A stretch of DNA of 63,804 nt, filler included, from Guillardia theta CCMP2712 (Eukaryota > Protista > Cryptophyta), in assembly GCF_000315625.1 (NCBI RefSeq). It is 6 parts of 6 records of this genome, joined end to end, with 100 filler letters (N's around TTAATTAATTAA, not from the genome) between each part and the next. Parts side by side here need not be neighbours in the genome. Positions count along the whole stretch, not along the records: positions 53,629 to 57,812 come from NW_005434148.1; positions 57,913 to 62,679 come from NW_005434350.1; positions 62,780 to 63,804 come from NW_005434022.1; 3 more parts are not named here. The stretch is one strand, 5' to 3'. Position numbers and translations under genes: made by a program. Of this stretch, positions 57,094 through 63,804 are shown one piece after another. Position 1 is the stretch's first letter, and each line of letters starts with the position of its first letter. The notes below the pieces were generated by a model. It did not search any database. It was not told where the DNA came from and was given only the letters and a program-made list of their open reading frames with translations.

Positions 57094-57513
57094 TGCTGCC
57101 AACCAAGAGAGTCAGTCGTCATGGCCTTGCAATCCAGACAAGAACTTCATCGTCACAATGACATTAGGGCGTCAAACTACTTCACCCTGACTGCGATCTC
57201 TGCTAGAAACATAACTAGAGCCTGACCATACTAAGATTGTATGTGAGGAAGCTGGTGGGAGCATGGATAACACCCATGGATCAACCCAAAGCAACTACGA
57301 CAGAGAGTAGACTTCATGTCTACAACTTGAATGAGTAAATCTAGAAAGTCTTCACAACTCGAAACTTCGTAGACCATAGCGCAAGAGCTAAAACCACACC
57401 TATTCCCCCTTTTCATCAAGGTTGTGCTCATTTTTTCATGTGACTCTCCTAACCTCTTCCCTCCAAGACCTTGTTTGCCTTAAAGAAGCTTCTCCCTGCG
57501 CAATGCTCCAATT

Positions 57514-59630
57514 TCACGATGGCTTCACCACAGATCCTACTGCATCCATCGCTTCCCTTTGATACTGCTTTTGATTCCTTCCTCCTCCTCCTCCTCCTCT
57601 TCTGATCCTCCTTCCTCTCCCCCTCCTCCTCCGCCCCCGCCTCCTCCTCCTCCTCCCTCTCTCCCTCCTCCTCCGCCCCCGCCTCCTCCCCCTCCCGTGC
57701 CCCTCGCGTCCTTCCGCCATCGCGTCTCTTCGACTCTTCGCGAACAGACGTCTCTGAGAAAAAAACTTGACTAGAGCCACCAGGGCGAAGTACCCCACCC
57801 CAGTGTGGGTGGNNNNNNNNNNNNNNNNNNNNNNNNNNNNNNNNNNNNNNNNNNNNTTAATTAATTAANNNNNNNNNNNNNNNNNNNNNNNNNNNNNNNN
57901 NNNNNNNNNNNNCGCCAAGAATCTTGCCTGACATGAACGTCAGTGACGAGGAGAAGCAGAGAGCAGGAGCAAGGAAGAGCACATTACAAGGACAAGCACA
58001 ATGAAATTGGGAGGAGGAACTGGAGCAGGAGAAGCAGGTGGAGAAAGGAGGGAGAAGAGAGGAGCAGGAGCAGGAGGAACGAGGAAGGAGAAGGAGCAGG
58101 AGGTAGCAAGATACCTGAAGGCTTCTCAAAGACGATCTTCATGAGGCCGAAGTTGATTCCTTGCACTCTCCCCCGAATGGTATTGGCGTACGAGGCCCTC
58201 CCCTCCCCAACGTTGCTGTACCCAGCCTTCTCCGCCGACCTCTTGGTGTACCCGATGAACGACATCTCAGGAAGCGTCCAGATGCCGATCGGGTACTGCA
58301 GGGGAGACTGCAGCAGGCTCTTGGGGTCCTTGCCAGTGCCAGGAGGGATCGACATCCAGGTTCCGTCGGTCAGCTCGTCCTGGTCAAACATGCGCATCAC
58401 TGCAGTGATCGCCTGCTCGATCCCCGTGCTGGCCAGCGACGGGGCCCCCACCACGTCCCCAGCAGCGTACACGCCGGGGACGGAGGTCTCGAGGTCGCCG
58501 TTGACGAGGATGGTGCCTTTCTCCATCTTCACTCCCGCCTCCTCCAGCCCCAATTTCTGCGTGTTGGCGAGCCGGCCGGTAGCAGTCATGACGATGTTGC
58601 TTGTGACATCTGCCATGTGCTGCCCGCTGCTGCTGCTCTTGATCTTGATCTTCATGGGCTCCTCCGACACGTGCGCCCCCTGAGGCTTCTCAATGCTGTC
58701 GATCTCGGCGTCGAAGTAGAGGTTCACTCCGCTGCTCTTGAGGTCCTCCTCCAGCGCCACTGCCACGTCATGGTCGACCCCGATCCTGCTCAGCGCACCC
58801 TCGAAGGAGCTGGAGCGGATGATGATGTTGACCTTGCACTCAAGGTAGTTGAAGATCTTGGCAAACTCGATCGAGATGATACCCGACCCGACAATCGTGA
58901 CCTCTCGAGGAAGGAAACTCAGCTTGCGGATCGAGTCGGAGTCGAAAATGCCCACGTCATCATACGCGATGTTGTTGAGTCTCATGGGCCTCGACCCGGT
59001 GGCAAAGAGCAGCTTCCTGCACTTGGCGTACTCCGTCTTCCCGTCCATCCTCTCGATCTTGATCTTGCTGTTCGTAGGATCGTCGTCCTCGAACAGCACC
59101 GCCGTCCCCCGCACGGTGGGGACCCTGTTCCCCTCGATGGCAGCAAGGTTCTTCTTTCCGCTAGCGTCAAGGATGTCCATGGTGAGATCCTGCACTTGTT
59201 TCCAGATCGAAGTGTCTCGCAGTCCCATCTCCCTCAGCGTCCTCACTTTGACTTTCTTCGCCGAGTCTCTGAGTGCCTTCGAGAAAAGTCCCGTCGGCCC
59301 CGAGAACTGCGTCTGCGTCACAGGCGTCCCGTCGATGATCGCCGCCGTCCGCCCGATGCTCGCGGCCGTCAGCGCTGCCGTCAGACCCGTCGGTCCTCCA
59401 CCCAGCACGATGAGGTCGAAGATCTGATCGGGCAGTATCCTCTCCTCCCCTGCCTTATCCCCTCCCATCATCCTTAAGGAGCCGATCCGGACGCTCCTCG
59501 TGCGTGGAGAGGGAGAGCAGGAGCGCGAGCTGGGGGAGATGCGGGAGGGAGCCATGGACCGTAGCCCGAGGTTGAACCCCTCAACGGCCGAGAGGTAGAG
59601 GATGGCGACGGCGAGAGGTCGAAAAATCAT
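57514..59630 (-). CDS. sthA: Soluble pyridine nucleotide transhydrogenase (SthA/UdhA)-like flavoprotein with a bipartite plastid-targeting presequence; spans a gap
   Basis: FDLIVLGGGPTG, GLFSKALR without the CxxxxC disulfide, ATGSRP, IFDSDSI, IVGSGIISIEFA, YAAGDVVGAPSLASTGIEQA and GIWTLPEMSFIG. The N-terminus is a signal peptide (..SAVEG|F) followed by an S/R-rich transit peptide. The 3' end at 57514 is tentative. Confidence 0.75.
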
Positions 59631-59639
59631 CTGCCGTGG

Positions 59640-61736
59640 AAATCGTCAGTCGAAACGCTTTCGTGCGTACACCGCCTTGGTATATCTTCACAGCCATATC
59701 CCTCTCCCTCTCCCTCTCCCTCTCCCTCTCCCTCTCCCTCTCCTTCTCCTTCTCCCTCTCCTTCTCCCTTCTCCCTCCTTGCAGCTTCCTTGCTCTCGCT
59801 CTCCCTCCCTCCCGATCTTCATCATCTATCTGCAGTCAGCATTCGAATCCGCAGTCAAAGCTCTATGTGACTCTCCTCGTCTCTTCCTGGCTCTCGCATT
59901 CACTATCCTTCTCCATCGAACATCCCTTCCTTCCGTCCTCTTCCACCATCTTGATCTCACTCCGGATCTGCGCTCCTCGTCACTTTCCCCCTCCTTCCCA
60001 CGGCTGATCACATGCTTATATGCACACCCCCACCTCCTCGAGATATGGACCTACCCCTACCCTCAAAAAAATTCTCCCACATTACACGACCCCCCTATAT
60101 CCCTGAGAATCTGTGGCAGATTACCCGTAATTAGTGAACTCTTTCTTAGGGGTGGGGTGCTCTTTTCCACCCCACCCTGACCAGCCTATTTGGAACCGGA
60201 AACTGACTACCCCGACCCCGTTCCGATCCCAATAAGTACCCCTTTGAGGGAGCTCCTAAAAGGGGGTGGTCTGAGCTACGATTTCCGGATAGGACCTCAG
60301 GTCCTAGAAATAAAACTGAAAATACATCGCTTCATTTTTCAAACTTATTCCTGTTTGTCAACTTTCTTACCACCCCCAGGACCCCCCTCGATCCCACCAC
60401 CCACCCGTCTATCCGCCTTAAAATTGACTTCCACCACCCCTCAGAGGCCCACGAGCGGGGGGTCCGAGCACGGACATGAAGTTGATCGGTGACGAGTATA
60501 CCGTGTATCTCATTCAGGTCACCGGGGGTAGTACGGTCACTGCCACTCCTTCAAGTTCCCTCCACTGCTGCCACGTTCCACCTGCTGACTCATCAGGCTT
60601 CGGTCAACTCCTATTACATCAGTAATTGATCAGTGCCGCCGGGCCGGGCGGCCGCTTGACACTGTCGCCGGATCGGACACCCTCCGACCGTGCGTCAACT
60701 TGGTGAACGGGCCGGGCCGTAATCACGGTAGTACCCGGCCCAAGTCACTAATGATTACTGATAGTACCGGGCCGCGCGGTCACTAGCCAGTAACCGGGCG
60801 AATCATTGACTCGAATGGCCGGGCCGTGACAGTGACGGGCCGGGCCGCCCGGCACTGAGTGCGGGCCGCCGGGGCGGGCCCGGGCCTCAGCCGGGGCCCT
60901 CCTGTCGGAGCCTGTGCCCCGGCTGGAGAGTCCCGGCCGGCGATCAGATGATCATTGTGATCATGGCAGATCAGGTTCCGAAGTTCCGCCCGGCGTTCTG
61001 ACTCTGTGACCGTCCGATCAGACACGGTCCCGGGCCCCGATCCGACGGTCACTGCCCCGCCGGCGCAGACTGAGAGTCTTCAGTGACCAAGTCGTGGTGA
61101 TCGGACACCGTCACGGTCACGCCGCCGGTCGGACTCAGGGGCCGCGCCGCCCCGGCCGGCGGTTCGGAATGGCGCGGCGGCGGCGGCTCCCGGAGCCTGA
61201 GTCCCGGCCGGGCTCCTAGCACCCAGTCTCAGTCTGTAGAGGCTCCCGGTGGGGCCCGGCCGGGAGCAACGTGACGGACCGTTGACCGATCGGGCCGCCG
61301 ATGATCGGATCCGGGACCGTGCCACGGTGACCCTCAGTACCCTTCAGTACAACCATTATATAATATAACAACATTATACATAATAAAATTAAAATGAGGG
61401 GAAGGGGGAATGTCAGTAAAGAGGGGAAAGAACGGGTGGTAGAAGAGGAAAGGGGGTGGGGTAGTGAACGAGGCGTAGATTGCTCGACAGGGGTGTAGTG
61501 GAACTAATCCTATAAATAGGGGTAGGGGTAGAGGTGCGGGGGTCACATGATTTTTTTGGTTTCTAGAAAGTGGTGGGTGATCATTTATAAATTTTTCAAT
61601 CTATTGAGGGGTAGGGTAGAGAACCGTATGGGGGGTGCGTACCCAGTTTCATGCGGGTGAAAATAGGGGGAGATCCAGTAGAGAACGGGGGGTACGGGTT
61701 GAAAGGGTGGGGTGGGGGGTTTCCTTTAGAGAAAGA
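59640..61736. promoter_or_regulatory. Divergent intergenic region with CT tract, ACCC tract, CCGG-TGAC core and GGGT tract
   Basis: Lies between head-to-head starts (59630 on -, 61737 on +) and has the same layout as 4020-5890. Confidence 0.45.
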
Positions 61737-62679
61737 ATGGCTGAGTGCGAAAAGCTGGTGGAGGGAGGGACAGGGGAAGTAGCCATGCTGGCAGCAGCTG
61801 TGCTGGTGCTTGCAGGGTACCATGCCGTGTTCCATGTGCTGCAACAGAGCAAGGACGCAACAAGAGTTACCATCTTCTCGTTCTCGAAGGAGATGAACTA
61901 TCAATGGATTCGGAAACACATGGAGGGGGATAGCTACTCGCTCACTGCCGTCCAGGCACTGAGGAACCAGATGCTGGTCGGGATCTTCATCGGAGAGACG
62001 TCCTTCAGCTCTCTTGCAGTCATCATCAGCGCAGTAAGCGCAATCGACCTGACCTGCACCCTCAAGGTCTAGTTGCGGCTGGTACCTCGCTTCTGACTCT
62101 ACTGTGCAGAACCTGTCTAGACAAGATCCTCTGACAGGCGGCTACGAACCCTTGGTGACTCCAATGTCCAAGGTAAGAGGAGCAGGGACGGAAAGAGGGA
62201 GGGGGAGGGGAGGGGGAAAGGGATATGGGAGGGGAGGGAAGGGAAGTAAGAGGCAATAGCCAGAGAGAAAAGTGGGAGGAGTGGAAGAGAAGAGGAGGAG
62301 AAGGAATGAGGAGACACTGAACAACCAGAGAGGCGGTGTGAGAGGAAACCAGATGGAATAAGAAGAAGTGGATTTGGGGTTGAAGAATTGAAGGGAAAAA
62401 GAAATGGAAAGCGGAAGGGAAAAGGAAGGGAGGAGAAAAAAACATAGAGAGTGGGGAGAAGAATGCTGCAAAGAGTAAGTCAGGATAATGACAGGGGGGG
62501 GACAAGAACCAGGAGGGGAGGAGGAGATGATGATGATAGTGATGGCAAAAGAAAGGAGTTGGGTCGCAGCGAGAGAGGGGCAGAGGAGGAAAGCAGGGAG
62601 CGGTGGAGAGGCACGACTGGGACTTAGGATGAGTGTTCAGGTCATGCTTGTCAGCACTCTGCTCAGCGGGTTTCTGCTG
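61737..62679 (+). CDS. DUF599 family membrane protein (partial; runs into a gap)
   Basis: VLVLAGYH..., then QWIRKHM...LTAVQALRNQMLVGIFIGETS, which matches the DUF599 'LAVQTLRN' segment. Confidence 0.65.
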
Positions 62680-63117
62680 NNNNNNNNNNNNNNNNNNNNN
62701 NNNNNNNNNNNNNNNNNNNNNNNTTAATTAATTAANNNNNNNNNNNNNNNNNNNNNNNNNNNNNNNNNNNNNNNNNNNNGCGTGCTTGTGCTCGTTTCGG
62801 GAGGTCAGGTGGTGGGCCGCCGAGTCATGCCCTTCTTGGTGATGGGGGTGACGGGGGGGCCGCCCCGGGGGGGGGTGGTGAAGGCGCCGCCCCCGGAGGC
62901 GGAGGAGGAGGTGGTGGAGGAGGAGGAGGAGAGGGAGGAGGAGGAAGAGGAGGAGGAGACGGACAAGGAGGGGGAGGGGAAGGGACGAGAACTGAGGGTA
63001 AGGGCGGGAAATTGATGGTGACGGAGGGAAGCTGAATTTGTACACGAGGAGGTAGAGGAAGGCGTGATGGACTTGATGGTTGAGTTGTCGTTGTTGAAGG
63101 TGGTGGCATTGGTTGTG

Positions 63118-63159
63118 GATGATGATGATGATGATGAAGATGATGATGAAGATGATGAA

Positions 63160-63236
<77 letters not shown>

Positions 63237-63258
63237 GGAGGAGGAGGAGGAGGAGGAG
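63118..63258. repeat. (GAT)n followed by (GAG)n microsatellite
   Basis: Seen directly. Confidence 0.9.
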
Positions 63259-63284
63259 GGTCACGAGGGTGGGATCTCAATGAT

Positions 63285-63600
63285 TTAGGCCGGCAGGGAG
63301 GACTTTGTTTCTTCAAGCTCTTGCAGGCCGACTGGGTTGTCTCGCCTGGGTAGGAGGAGGCGTCTGATCAGGAGCTCCTCTGACTTGACCTTGAAGGCTG
63401 TTGGATCTGATCGCATCCTCAAGTTTGCAGAGAGATCGATGCTCGCATGCTCAGCGCAGGTGCTCCCCACTTGCCTGCACTCCTGACCTTCAGCTCTTGA
63501 CCTCGCCCTTTCTTGCCCTCCTCTCGCCCTTTGACTCCTCACTGTCTTGGCAGGAAGAAGCTCCTTCTGCCGCTGGAGATTTTGTCAGGATGACGTCACC
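63285..63600 (-). CDS. 3' exons of a hypothetical protein entering from the right edge
   Basis: EHASIDLSANLRMRSDPTAFKVKSEELLIRRLLLPRRDNPVGLQELEETKSSLPA*. Confidence 0.3.
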
Positions 63601-63804
63601 ACTCGGAGGGACAGTCGTGAAGCTGGCGCGCGGAGATGTGGTGGGAGAGGGAGGGAGGGAGGGGGGAGGGGCGGGGGGGGGGGGGGGAGGTGGGGAGGGG
63701 GGGCAGGTGGGGGGGGAGGGCGCGGGGTGTGCGAGCGTGGATCGATCTGTCGGCTTGAGGGAGGGAGCGGAGAGATCAGGCTGCCTGGGTGGGGAGCGCG
63801 CATG

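Overview
This is eukaryotic nuclear DNA from a draft assembly, with N gaps carrying a TTAATTAATTAA linker. It is most likely a cryptophyte such as Guillardia theta. That call is inferred from the ~45-55 nt introns, GA/CT microsatellite-filled introns, a cryptophyte-type microbial rhodopsin, a Zn2Cys6 factor and a signal-peptide+Phe plastid presequence. Recognisable genes are CEP104, a P2B Ca2+-ATPase, the TFIIIC B-block subunit, a TauE/SafE transporter, an intronless IFT144/WDR19, AP-1 mu, a tandem BED-like Zn-finger protein, a MORN protein, a Zn2Cys6 factor, a type-1 rhodopsin, a plastid-targeted SthA-like flavoprotein and a DUF599 protein. A ~10 kb transposon island (about 43.7-53.5 kb) holds an intron-containing, PHD-fused, internally deleted Crypton (tyrosine recombinase) element. 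It also holds a scrambled CRE-like non-LTR retrotransposon whose ~65-70 bp 3' end has inserted repeatedly into copies of the element itself. The most notable items are (1) a receptor-like multi-pass membrane protein ending in a RelA/SpoT-type nucleotidyltransferase domain, tail-to-tail with a DTL-motif rhodopsin; (2) the self-nested retroelement array; (3) the Crypton; (4) a recurring CCGG/TGAC core, GGGT tract, GA tract layout upstream of genes; and (5) a spliced 63-aa microprotein missed by the ORF track. All calls come from reading motifs by eye; no database searches were run.
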